The position numbers and the translations under genes are program-made. A stretch of DNA of 64,000 nt from an uncultured delta proteobacterium (GTDB taxonomy: Bacteria; Myxococcota_A; Polyangia; Polyangiales; Polyangiaceae). The stretch's first letter is position 1. Each line of letters opens with the position of its first letter. Positions 20,131 through 29,295 of this stretch are shown piece after piece. The stretch covers positions 2,784,001 to 2,848,000 of the forward strand of contig CAWDXG010000004.1 of assembly GCA_963806225.1 (NCBI GenBank), in the 5' to 3' direction. The notes under the pieces are model-generated. The model did no database searches, had not been told where the DNA came from, and worked only from the letters and a program-made list of their open reading frames with translations.

Positions 20131-22316
20131 GATTCTACCTCCTCGGTTGCGTCGCTGCGCAGCGGGATGCGGATGGCGAAGGTCGTGCCGTCCGGAGTCG
20201 ACTTCTCGAGCGCGATCTCGCCACCCAGTGCCTCTACGATCCCCCGGCTCACGAATAGCCCTAGCCCTGTGCCGCGCCCCGGCGGCTTGGTGGTGAAGAA
20301 CGGCTCGAAGATGTGGTCGGCGATCGAGGGGTCCAGACCGCCGCCCGTGTCGCGCACGCGGACAACCGCCATGGTGTCCTCGGTGCTTGTCTCGAAAACG
20401 AGAGTGCCGCTCCCGCCCATCGAGTCCAGCCCGTTGATGCCCAGATTCAACAGAACCTGGGTCAGATGGTCCTCCTTGGCGCGGATGAAGGGCACGTTTT
20501 CCGCGAGGGAAAGCTCGATCTGGCAGTTCTTGGCGCGAGGATCGTGACCGAGCAGGCGCGCCACATCCCGCACGACCTGGTTCGGTCCGACGGTGACTTC
20601 CTCACCCCGCTTGCGCTGCGTGACGCTCGCCAGATCGCGAAGCAACTCCGAAATGCGGCGGACCTCGCGTTCCACTGCTCTGAGCATCGGTTCGGCCTGT
20701 CCGACTTCGCCGGTTTCCCTGGCCATGCTGAGCTGCCACTGGATGGAGGCCAGTGGGTTGCCGATCTCGTGCGCCATGCCCGCTGCGAGCAGACCGAAAG
20801 CCGCCATTTTCTCGTGATGCATGGTCTGCGCGAGAAGGCTCCGTTCCGCAGTCACGACCCGCTCGATGCACACCGCCGACTCGACCTGGCCGGATCCGCC
20901 GAACACGGGAAAGGCTTCCAGATGCACGATTTGAGCGCTACCGGCGAGCTTGAGCGCGCGATCGGCCGCAGCGGGACGCGCGGTTTCGAAGGCCTGTTGC
21001 ACCGGCTTGTCCGCATCCGGCCCCGCGTGGGATTGCAGGATCTCCCGATAGGACGCGCCCACCAGATCGCTGCCGTGCGCGCGCAGGGCGGCGCGATTGG
21101 CGCTGATCAAGCGCAGCGTACGGTCGACGACCACCACGGGCTGGTCGATGGAGTTGAGCAGCAGCTCGGCGAACACCGTTCGTTCGGTGACGCGGCGCTC
21201 GAGAGCTTCGTGGGACTCTTTCAACGCCGTGCTCATGCGGTTGAACGTCACCACGAGATCGGCGACCTCGGCGGGTCCGCCGGCGGGGACCAGCTCGCCG
21301 AGAACGCCCGAGGACGCGCGCCGTGCGGCATCCACCAACCGACCGAGTGGGCGAACGACCGAGTGTCCGGCGCCGTAGGCCAGAAGCGCCACGACGACCA
21401 CGAGCAGCATGCCGAGCAGCGTGGCCCGCCACTTCAGGCGGTCGAGAACGCCCATGACGTGGGCCAGCGGGACTTCGACCAGCACGGACCAGCCGAGCTT
21501 GGGAATCGGGGTGTACGCCGCGATCGCATCGTCGCCAGAAGCGAGCGCGTAGCGCCCCGACCAGGCGACGTTTCCGAACAGGGGACGTGAATACGACGGG
21601 GGCAGAGCGGGCTTCGCTTGCCCCCGGCCCAGGTGCTCGAAGGATCCGCAGATGACGTGTCCGTCACCGTCGAGCAGATACAGTTCCGCGTTGGGGGTCC
21701 GGCTACTGTGCGCCGCGACCAGGTCGTCGTGCACGTCGAACGCGAACCTGCCGCACAGAACACCCAGGTACGTCAGGGCGCCGTCGTGGATCGGGAATCC
21801 GAGGAGCAGGTCCGGTTCGGCCCTCTTGAACTGGATGGTAGCCACCGCGGTGCCGGTCTGGCCGGCGCGGAAACAGGGGCTGGTCCAGAGCTGGGACTCG
21901 ACGGCACGCTGCGCGTTCGACGAGCCGAGCAGGTTGCCCTGCGGCGAGACCACGAACAGTTCGTCCGTTGCGTGATTGTGAGCGGCTTTGGCGAGCAGGT
22001 GCTTGTGCAGCTGGGCTTCAGCCGCCTGCCGGATCTCGGGATCGTCGCTGAGCAATAGTGTGCGCAGCATTGTGAAAAGGTGCTGATTATCCGCCAGCGT
22101 CGTCTTCAGGAAGGCTTGCTGGTTCTTCACGAAGTCGGTCGTGCGCGAAGCCTCCAGCGCCGCCACATTCCGGAGATTCAGCATCGCGCTGTCCGAAATG
22201 AGCTCGCGAGCCGTTAGGTAGCCCCAGATATTCGAGATCACGAGGGGCCCGAGCGAGAACAGAACCAGCAAGAAAACCAGCTGGCGGCTCAGGGCGCGCG
22301 GTTTCGGGGGCGACAT
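20127..22316 (-). CDS. Sensor histidine kinase (Cache-like periplasmic domain, HAMP, PAS, HisKA, HATPase)
   Basis: Two TM segments, HEIGNPL H-box, DTGGG, FEPFFTTK, GTGLGL; 4-nt overlap with the regulator. Start set at MSPPKP. Confidence 0.93.
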   Translation of the reverse strand: MSPPKPRALSRQLVFLLVLFSLGPLVISNIWGYLTARELISDSAMLNLRNVAALEASRTTDFVKNQQAFLKTTLADNQHLFTMLRTLLLSDDPEIRQAAEAQLHKHLLAKAAHNHATDELFVVSPQGNLLGSSNAQRAVESQLWTSPCFRAGQTGTAVATIQFKRAEPDLLLGFPIHDGALTYLGVLCGRFAFDVHDDLVAAHSSRTPNAELYLLDGDGHVICGSFEHLGRGQAKPALPPSYSRPLFGNVAWSGRYALASGDDAIAAYTPIPKLGWSVLVEVPLAHVMGVLDRLKWRATLLGMLLVVVVALLAYGAGHSVVRPLGRLVDAARRASSGVLGELVPAGGPAEVADLVVTFNRMSTALKESHEALERRVTERTVFAELLLNSIDQPVVVVDRTLRLISANRAALRAHGSDLVGASYREILQSHAGPDADKPVQQAFETARPAAADRALKLAGSAQIVHLEAFPVFGGSGQVESAVCIERVVTAERSLLAQTMHHEKMAAFGLLAAGMAHEIGNPLASIQWQLSMARETGEVGQAEPMLRAVEREVRRISELLRDLASVTQRKRGEEVTVGPNQVVRDVARLLGHDPRAKNCQIELSLAENVPFIRAKEDHLTQVLLNLGINGLDSMGGSGTLVFETSTEDTMAVVRVRDTGGGLDPSIADHIFEPFFTTKPPGRGTGLGLFVSRGIVEALGGEIALEKSTPDGTTFAIRIPLRSDATEEVES

Positions 22317-22400
22317 GGTTCTCGGCTCGGCCCGGAAGACGCAGTGTCGCCTCCGGATGGCAGCCGCACAGATCTGCAAGGCTACGCGAGGTCGTCGTGG

Positions 22401-22416
22401 TGCAACCGATGTGCCC
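22401..22416 (-). promoter_or_regulatory. sigma54 -24/-12 promoter of the kinase-regulator pair
   Basis: Minus strand GGGCACATCGGTTGCA, 85 bp upstream of ATG 22316. Confidence 0.7.
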
Positions 22417-22490
22417 GCGAATCCGGCCCCATGAGCGCCATCATGCGCGCGCGTCGAGACCGGCGCGCGCGCAAGCGCGAACGCGTCTCG

Positions 22491-23690
22491 TCAAGCCGCC
22501 GGGCGGAGATCCAGGTGTAGCTCTCCGAGGAGACTCATCAGGTCGTTGCCCGATGCGGGAATGCAGGAGAGCAGCCGATCGGCGTTCTGGGCAGCCCAGT
22601 CGTCGGAGTCGTCCCGCGGCGCCAACCGGCTCGAGATCCCGAGCATCGAAAGCCACTCGCTGCGCCAGCGCTCGTCGTATTCGCGCAGCAGATCCCGATC
22701 GGTGCTGCCCGCACGCGTGGCGGAGATCCGCTTCGCCAGATCGTGGACTTCGCGCAAGCCGATATTCATGCTCTGCACGCCCACGGGGCTGGTTCCGTGC
22801 GCTGCGTCGCCAGCGAGCCAGATGCGGCCGTGGCCGTAGCGATCGACCAGATACTGCCCGAAGCGGGCGGTATGCGACCAGACAAGCTCGCTCGGCGGGG
22901 AGCCGAACCAGGGCGCGCGCGCGGCGAGCAGGTCGGTGAGCTCCGAAGAACCCCCAGACCATGACTCGTCGACCTCGAAGCTCCAGCGCCCGCGCTCGGG
23001 GCCGATTGGCCACAACACGTTGCTCGCCGCGCCGTGCAGCACCACGCGGTTCGCGTCGGCCACGTCCATCTCCGCCGGGAATTCGAAGACGGAGAACCAC
23101 TGCGTAGGCCGCGCTTCGGAGACCGGAATCCGCTGGGAACGGCGGACGAATGACTCGTAGCCGTCGGCGCCGATCACGTAGGTCGCGCGGACGTTGTGGA
23201 CGCGGTCCAGGCTCCACTCCGTGTGGGCGACGCCGTAGCCGACAGACGCCTTGTCCATCTGCGCCACCTCGACTTCGACGTAGTCCGGATGCGCCTCCAT
23301 GCTCAGCGCCTGGTGGCCGTGCAGCACGCGGACGCCGCGCTTGGCTAGCGCCCTCCGGAGCACGTCTTCCAGATCCGCCTGCGGGACGACCAGCACGTAC
23401 GGGAAAGCGCCCTCGATCTTGCTGAAATCCAGCGTCGCCACCGGCTTGCCAGCGTCGTAGAAGACCTGCCGCTCGATGCGCTGCCCCTTCGGCAGGAGGT
23501 AGCGGGTGAGTCCCACTTCGTCGAGCAGGCGCAGCGACTCGGGGTGCAGCGCCAGGCCATAGCTGTGTTCGACGCCGTGGTCGTCCTTGTCGATGACCTG
23601 CACGTCCAGGCCGCGCGCGGTCAGCGCGAGCGCGGCATACATTCCCACTGGGCCGCCGCCGATGACGAGCACTTCGGTTGCCTTCTTCAT
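22491..23690 (-). CDS. FAD-dependent monooxygenase (UbiH/PheA-like, FAD_binding_3)
   Basis: VLVIGGGPVG, IGADGYESFVR, LAGDAAH..SPVGVQSMNIG. Confidence 0.9.
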   Translation of the reverse strand: MKKATEVLVIGGGPVGMYAALALTARGLDVQVIDKDDHGVEHSYGLALHPESLRLLDEVGLTRYLLPKGQRIERQVFYDAGKPVATLDFSKIEGAFPYVLVVPQADLEDVLRRALAKRGVRVLHGHQALSMEAHPDYVEVEVAQMDKASVGYGVAHTEWSLDRVHNVRATYVIGADGYESFVRRSQRIPVSEARPTQWFSVFEFPAEMDVADANRVVLHGAASNVLWPIGPERGRWSFEVDESWSGGSSELTDLLAARAPWFGSPPSELVWSHTARFGQYLVDRYGHGRIWLAGDAAHGTSPVGVQSMNIGLREVHDLAKRISATRAGSTDRDLLREYDERWRSEWLSMLGISSRLAPRDDSDDWAAQNADRLLSCIPASGNDLMSLLGELHLDLRPAA

Positions 23691-23768
23691 GGTCCGACTC
23701 CGGGCTTGGGGGGTTGGGCGCACCCGTATCGATCGGGCGCGCATGGCCGATGAGCCTGTCGACGGACT

Positions 23769-23784
23769 TGCAACTCGCGTGCCT
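23769..23784 (-). promoter_or_regulatory. sigma54 -24/-12 promoter of the monooxygenase
   Basis: Minus strand AGGCACGCGAGTTGCA, near-consensus, 79 bp upstream of ATG 23690. Confidence 0.75.
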
Positions 23785-24016
23785 CGCGATGCTTGCGCTC
23801 TCCGAGTTGCCGGACGTCACGAAAGCGATGCGCGATCGCGCGTAATTGACCGATCACAACCGCGCGCTCGCATCCCGGTCAGCGCGCGTGCCCCACGCCG
23901 TGGCTGCTCTTGGCCCGTGGCCAACGGCCCCCGCCAGGTCGGCGCCACCCTCGCGCTCCCCGTCATCGCCCTGGCGCCGCCTGGTGTGCGACGGCGGTCG
24001 TGGTTATTGGGAAGGC

Positions 24017-24994
24017 ATGCGCCGATGGAGAGTCGTCGCCACGCTGATCGTGGCGACGATCGCGGCGGGAGCGCTTTCGCTCCTGCCCGTGGGAGGTACG
24101 CTCGCGCACGCACGAGGGCCGAACAATCCAGCACCGTCGATGGACCTGTCCGCCTTCTCCGACGCGCCCCCCGGCCGCCATCTGCGCGTCCTGTTCATCC
24201 ATCACTCGATCGGGGGTCATCTGCTGGCCCGGCACGGCCCGCCGGTCGGAGGCGCCCACGACATCTGGCAGTCGCACCCGAACGGCGGCGGCATGCGCGA
24301 CCTGCTCGAGGCCGCCGGCTACGAGGTGCACGAAGCCTCCTACGACAGCCGCGTCGGCAACGACACGGACATGTTCGACTGGCTGCCCAAGTTCGGCGAC
24401 CACATGGACGAGGTGCTCCGGGTCGACTTGCAGGACAAACGGCTGCCGAAGGGCGAGCACAACGACGTGGTGATGTTCAAGTCCTGCTTCCCGAACAGCT
24501 ACTTCGTCGGGGAAGGACGCGCCCCCGGCAACCCGCGCGGCCCCGAGCTGACGGTCGCGAATGCCAAGGCCACCATGACGGCGGTGCGCGCCAAGCTCGA
24601 GAAGCACCCCGAGGTGCTCTTCGTCTACTTCACCACGCCGCCCCAGGCGCCCCGCATCGAGCCCCAGCCCGCCTGGAAGTGGCTGGCCAGGAAGATGCTC
24701 GGGCGCCACCGGGGTCCGGCCGCCCTGCGGCGCAGCGGGGATCTCGCCCGCGAGTTCGCCGACTGGATGAAAGCTCCGAACGGCTGGCTCCGCGGCTACC
24801 CGGAGCAGAACATCGTGGTCTTCGACTACTACGACGTGTTGACGGGCAACGGCGTCTCGAACCTGCTCCACTATCCGACGCGCAACGGCTACGACTCCCA
24901 CCCCTCGTCGGTCGGCCAGCGCCAGGCAGCGGCGAAGCTCGTGCCGTTCCTCAATCGCGCCGTCCGCCGCGCCGGGCTGCTTGCAGTCCGTTGA
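24017..24994 (+). CDS. Secreted hypothetical protein, possible SGNH-hydrolase-like fold
   Basis: Signal peptide; FIHHSIG, VVMFKSCFPNS and C-terminal DSHP (DxH-like) motifs; coding-like codon bias. Confidence 0.65.
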   Translation: MRRWRVVATLIVATIAAGALSLLPVGGTLAHARGPNNPAPSMDLSAFSDAPPGRHLRVLFIHHSIGGHLLARHGPPVGGAHDIWQSHPNGGGMRDLLEAAGYEVHEASYDSRVGNDTDMFDWLPKFGDHMDEVLRVDLQDKRLPKGEHNDVVMFKSCFPNSYFVGEGRAPGNPRGPELTVANAKATMTAVRAKLEKHPEVLFVYFTTPPQAPRIEPQPAWKWLARKMLGRHRGPAALRRSGDLAREFADWMKAPNGWLRGYPEQNIVVFDYYDVLTGNGVSNLLHYPTRNGYDSHPSSVGQRQAAAKLVPFLNRAVRRAGLLAVR

Positions 24995-27900
24995 ACGTGC
25001 CGACGAGAACCAGCGCCGCGTGCGGCGACCCGCTGGCGGAAGCGTAGTGCTGCACGAAGACGCCGCGAAAGCGCGTGGACGTCCCCACGGCGACCTCTGT
25101 CGCGAACGGCGTGACGAAATAGACGGGATTGGCTGCGGTCCCCAGAACTCCGATCGCGTGCCCGCCCCGGCGGCGAATCAGAGAGACTCGACCCGTGATC
25201 GCGATCACCTTGCCGCGCGCTCGGTCCGGGTCGTTCGCTGCGACGGCGAAAGGGACGGACGGGATGTGGTCGAGGGTCGACTCGCCCCCTAGCCTCACAG
25301 CCTCCGCAACACTACCGACGACGAGCGAGTCGAACGCGACCCCGTCGGTGCCCCCTCTTGCCGCCGCCACGACCACCGGCGCGTACGCGATGCCGCGCAG
25401 ACGCGTGCGCTCGCCCGCATCCGCTGCGCTCCGGAGCAGAATCGCGAGGGACGCGCCGTCGCACGAGCGCGCTTCGTCGCCGCATTGTGCGGCTAGCGCT
25501 CTCGCCTCTTTTCGGCGCACCTCGCGAGTCATCGCGTTGTACCGAGCGAGCTGCCCGGCAGCCTCGGTCTGGCGCTTGGCGGCCGCTGCCGCGTTCCTCA
25601 GGCCCGCTTTCTTGCGCTCGAACCAGCGGTCAGGCCCCAGGATCACCAGACCCGTCGCGCCATCCGCCAGGTCGTAGCCCAGGTCCATCCAGCCGAGGTT
25701 CAGGAGTACGGCCCCGTCCTGACGCCCGCCCCGCTTCGCGTACTCCGCCTGCACGGCCTTGCCGCTTCCGCGTGCGACCAGCGAGCGCACTTCGAACGAC
25801 GACTGGCTGAGCCGCACCTCCGCGTCAGCCTGGAGGCGCGGCATGCGGAAGATGTTGGCGGCCCAGGCCGGGACGCCCAGGTTCTGTTCTACGACGGCTA
25901 TCGCAGGGTTCGCGTCCTTGGCCGTGAGGTGTGCCTTTGTCACGAAGAAAAGACGCGGCCTCGTGCGTAGCGTCGCTGTCCGCAGAAGAACGTTTCCCCA
26001 CCACGCTCCCTGGCGCGTGGGCGCGTGACCCGTTCCGGCGCGCGTGATCCTGAGCGTGGTGCCTGACAGATCCGTGTAGCCTTCCGCGCCCACCCTGGTG
26101 CGGGCGCTCACGCGGGCCGCGACATCCGCGAAGAGCTTCGTCGAGCCGACGCGGGCCCGGACTCTTCGCAGAACTAGTTGCCCGCGGCCCCGCAGCGACA
26201 ACGAACCCAGGTCGACGTGGGCGCGGAGCTTTGCGGTACCTCTGCCACCCTCGAGGCCGACGCCCCCGGGCAGCGGGAGCAGCTCGCGCAATCTGCCCAG
26301 GTCTACGAGCTCGGCGCGCGGCAGATCTATCGAGAGCTGGCCGCGCAAGCGCGACCGCGCGCTCGTGAACCGGGGGGCGACCAGCTCGAGCGACGGAACA
26401 ACGAGAACGGCGGCGCCGCTCCGGGCGGCCCCGACGGAGACGTCGCGAAGCACGACGTTGCTGCCGGAAAGATCGAAAGTGCGGCTTGCCCATGTGCCAC
26501 GCCGCATCTCGACATGGGCCTCCAGCTTGCCTGCCAATGCGGCGCGACCCCGCCGGACTGCAATATCGGTCGCGCTCACGGTGGCCGCACCGGCGACCCA
26601 TCCGCCGGAGAGTGAAACCTCGAGCCGCGGGACAACGCTCGTGATGTCGGCCGTCAGTCGGTCGGCTCCGTGCTCCACGCGGAAATGTCGCGCCGAGAAG
26701 TGCAGCCGCGCTCGAGCGTGCCGCTTTGCAACCGATCCCTCTGCGTGGCCACCGGCGGTCACCTTTCCCGACCGGACGACGAAGCTCGAGATCGACGGAA
26801 AGAGGTCCCGCCACAGGCCGATGTCGCTTGTCTCGGCACCGCTGACATCGAGGCTGAAGCGCGCGTCGCCTAGCAGCTGCGCCAGATGGAGCTTTCGGCC
26901 GGTCAACGTTGTCGCAATCGAAACGACGCGTGCCCGTTCCACGCCGAGGCGGGAGACGCGAAGGCCGGAGAGGTGGGTGCGCAGGGTGGCGAGGTCACGA
27001 TGGATGCCGAGCTCGTTCACAATCGTCGCCTCGAAGGCCAGCCCGCTCGCCTCGAGCCTGCAGTCCGTCGACTTGCCCAGGACGCGAGTTCCGTCAGCGA
27101 GCTTCCCGTGATCCAGGACCAGATTGGCGTCGAAGCGCTCTTCGCATCGCGGTGAGCGAACGCGGCTCCGTGGCGCGAAGGAGTGCAGCGCGCCGGCGAG
27201 CATAGCGCGTCCGCGAAGCTCCCCGCGATAGGAGATATGATCGAATAGCGTGCGCACTTTCATCTGTCGCAGACCGAGCGGATGTACCGTCGCCTCGAAC
27301 GATCCAGCGAGCCCGGTGACGAGAGGGTGGCTCCCATACGAAAGGTCGACCTGGTGCGCGTCCACCGTCGCCGGCCCGACATCGAGCCATCTGAGCGGGC
27401 GAAACAACCACCGCCCGCGTATGCGCGAATCGCCTTCCGAGCGCACGGTCTGGATCCAGACCTCGCGCACGTGGTCCACGTCGACGTTCTCGAGGTCCAC
27501 CATCCACAGGTTGTAGTTCGCATCCGTGAGCGGCGGTGGTTCGGGCCCCGTACCCAACAGCGGGGGATCAGCGAAGCCCGCGATCGGGGGCAGCGCCGCC
27601 ATGACGGCTGGGGTCACGTCTCGACGATGGAGCCGCAATCGCGCACGGAGCGAGAGCCCGCTCGCACGCACACGTGTCGCATGGAATTCGTGATGCAGGA
27701 GATCGAGGAGAGAGATCTTGACGTTGACGTGGTCGAGGGTCAGGCGCCATTCCACGCTCCGGTCCCGCCCCCGGATCGTCAGGCCCTCGACGTGAGCTTG
27801 ACCGGGGAAGTACGAGTACGCGCTCGCGTAGTCAAAACGCAGCTCCGAGGCGTTCCCGGTGATGGCGAAGTTGACCGACGAGCCGCTAGTGGCGTTGCGA

Positions 27901-28076
27901 AACAATCGCGTCCGCAAGAGGATGTTGGCCAGGAGCCAATACGAAACGATTAGGATTGCACCGGCGAGCAGGACCCCGCGAAGCAGCCGGCACCAAAGAG
28001 CGCGCTTTGGACCGGACGGCGCGCGATCCGCGTCGCCGACGTGCTGGATGCCGGGGAGAGGGAGTGCATGCGTCAC
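24951..28076 (-). CDS. Large AsmA-like (beta-strand-rich, N-terminal TM anchor) protein
   Basis: About 1040 aa; N-terminal TM (YWLLANILLRT) followed by long amphipathic beta-strand repeats; start uncertain (28076 or 28115). Confidence 0.6.
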   Translation of the reverse strand: MTHALPLPGIQHVGDADRAPSGPKRALWCRLLRGVLLAGAILIVSYWLLANILLRTRLFRNATSGSSVNFAITGNASELRFDYASAYSYFPGQAHVEGLTIRGRDRSVEWRLTLDHVNVKISLLDLLHHEFHATRVRASGLSLRARLRLHRRDVTPAVMAALPPIAGFADPPLLGTGPEPPPLTDANYNLWMVDLENVDVDHVREVWIQTVRSEGDSRIRGRWLFRPLRWLDVGPATVDAHQVDLSYGSHPLVTGLAGSFEATVHPLGLRQMKVRTLFDHISYRGELRGRAMLAGALHSFAPRSRVRSPRCEERFDANLVLDHGKLADGTRVLGKSTDCRLEASGLAFEATIVNELGIHRDLATLRTHLSGLRVSRLGVERARVVSIATTLTGRKLHLAQLLGDARFSLDVSGAETSDIGLWRDLFPSISSFVVRSGKVTAGGHAEGSVAKRHARARLHFSARHFRVEHGADRLTADITSVVPRLEVSLSGGWVAGAATVSATDIAVRRGRAALAGKLEAHVEMRRGTWASRTFDLSGSNVVLRDVSVGAARSGAAVLVVPSLELVAPRFTSARSRLRGQLSIDLPRAELVDLGRLRELLPLPGGVGLEGGRGTAKLRAHVDLGSLSLRGRGQLVLRRVRARVGSTKLFADVAARVSARTRVGAEGYTDLSGTTLRITRAGTGHAPTRQGAWWGNVLLRTATLRTRPRLFFVTKAHLTAKDANPAIAVVEQNLGVPAWAANIFRMPRLQADAEVRLSQSSFEVRSLVARGSGKAVQAEYAKRGGRQDGAVLLNLGWMDLGYDLADGATGLVILGPDRWFERKKAGLRNAAAAAKRQTEAAGQLARYNAMTREVRRKEARALAAQCGDEARSCDGASLAILLRSAADAGERTRLRGIAYAPVVVAAARGGTDGVAFDSLVVGSVAEAVRLGGESTLDHIPSVPFAVAANDPDRARGKVIAITGRVSLIRRRGGHAIGVLGTAANPVYFVTPFATEVAVGTSTRFRGVFVQHYASASGSPHAALVLVGTFNGLQAARRGGRRD

Positions 28077-28127
28077 CCCCGCGGCAATTTGTGCGTGACC
28101 GGGGCGACCCCCCATTCCTCGAACTCA

Positions 28128-28143
28128 TGCAGGTAGCGTGCCC
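28128..28143 (-). promoter_or_regulatory. Putative sigma54 -24/-12 promoter of the AsmA-like gene
   Basis: Minus strand GGGCACGCTACCTGCA (GG-N10-GC). Confidence 0.55.
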
Positions 28144-28181
28144 CGGCGGAGCAACCCGCTGAAGGTTGAACGTGTCTCAGC

Positions 28182-28230
28182 TTGCATTTGCAGTTGCATT
28201 CGACAAATGCAAAGTCGTTCCAATATTGGA
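28182..28230. promoter_or_regulatory. AT-rich inverted repeats in a divergent intergenic region
   Basis: TTGCATTTG-N13-CAAATGCAA (28182-28212) and perfect palindrome TCCAATATTGGA (28219-28230). Confidence 0.55.
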
Positions 28231-28252
28231 GACAACCTTGGGGGGATAGCGA

Positions 28253-29146
28253 ATGCCACCAACGACGCCGGAATCGCGCCGCGCCCGCGATATGCTTGAC
28301 GATTGCTTCAGCGCGGCGGAGCTCCTGACGCGGCACTTGGCGAATCGGTTGGCCGAAACCGGAATATCAACGGCCGAGAGCGAGGCGCCGCGGATCGTCG
28401 CAGCGGCCGCGAAATCAGGCGCCGACCTGGCCCAAAGCGCCGAGCTGATGCTGCAGCAGCGCTTGTCGGGCATGCCGCTTGCCTACGTTGTCGGCAGCGA
28501 GCCATTCCTCGGCATCGACATCCTGACCGGCCGCGGCGCGTTGATTCCGCGCCGCGAGACCGAGCTGCTCGGGCGCACCGCTATCGACGCCATCAAGGAG
28601 CTGTCGCACAGGGCGAGCGCCCGGATCGTCGACATGTGTTGCGGAGCCGGCAACCTGGCGTGCGCCATCGCCGCCAGCATCGAGCTTGCGCGCGTCTGGG
28701 CCGCCGATCTGACGGACGACTGCGTCTCGCTCACGGCGCGCAACGTAGCTCACCATGGGTTCGGCGATCGCATCGAGGTGGTACAGAGCGACCTGTTCGC
28801 CGCGCTAGCCGGGCTTGGTCTCGAGCGTTCGGTGGACGTTGCCGTCTGCAACCCGCCGTACATATCCAGCGCCAAGCTCGAGGCGAGCCGCCACGACCTG
28901 CTCGCGTACGAGCCACGCACGGCCTTCGACGGAGGGCCCTATGGGCTGAGCATCCAGCAGCGGGTCATTTCGGAGGCCATGCACTTTCTACGACCTGGCG
29001 GCGCGCTGATGTTCGAGATCGGCGCCGGTCAGGGCCGACAGATCAGCCGACTCTTCGAGCGTGCGAAGGGCTACGACGCCGCGCGCCTCGTTTCGGACGA
29101 AAGCGGAGAACCACGCGTGGCCATAGGCCGGCGACGCGAGGACTGA
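28253..29146 (+). CDS. HemK/PrmC-family N5-glutamine methyltransferase (likely paralog)
   Basis: PLAYVVG, LIPRRETELL, DMCCGAG SAM motif, NPPY, EPRTAFDGG, FEIGAGQG; no adjacent prfA. Confidence 0.88.
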   Translation: MPPTTPESRRARDMLDDCFSAAELLTRHLANRLAETGISTAESEAPRIVAAAAKSGADLAQSAELMLQQRLSGMPLAYVVGSEPFLGIDILTGRGALIPRRETELLGRTAIDAIKELSHRASARIVDMCCGAGNLACAIAASIELARVWAADLTDDCVSLTARNVAHHGFGDRIEVVQSDLFAALAGLGLERSVDVAVCNPPYISSAKLEASRHDLLAYEPRTAFDGGPYGLSIQQRVISEAMHFLRPGGALMFEIGAGQGRQISRLFERAKGYDAARLVSDESGEPRVAIGRRRED

Positions 29147-29295
29147 CGCGCAGCGCGAGCAAGCAGCTCGGATGCCGGGACAGGGGAATCGCGCTTATCT
29201 GACAGCCGAATTGGCCGTACGGGCGTTCGAGGACCCGTGCCTGCCAACACAGTCGACCAAGCTCTCGCGCAGCAGCACAAGCCGCAAGGCAGGCC

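Noticed and set aside
23940..23955. Fifth sigma54 promoter on the plus strand (CGGCGCCACCCTCGCG)
   Set aside because: GG-N10-GC spacing only, with poor flanking consensus; likely chance at this GC content.
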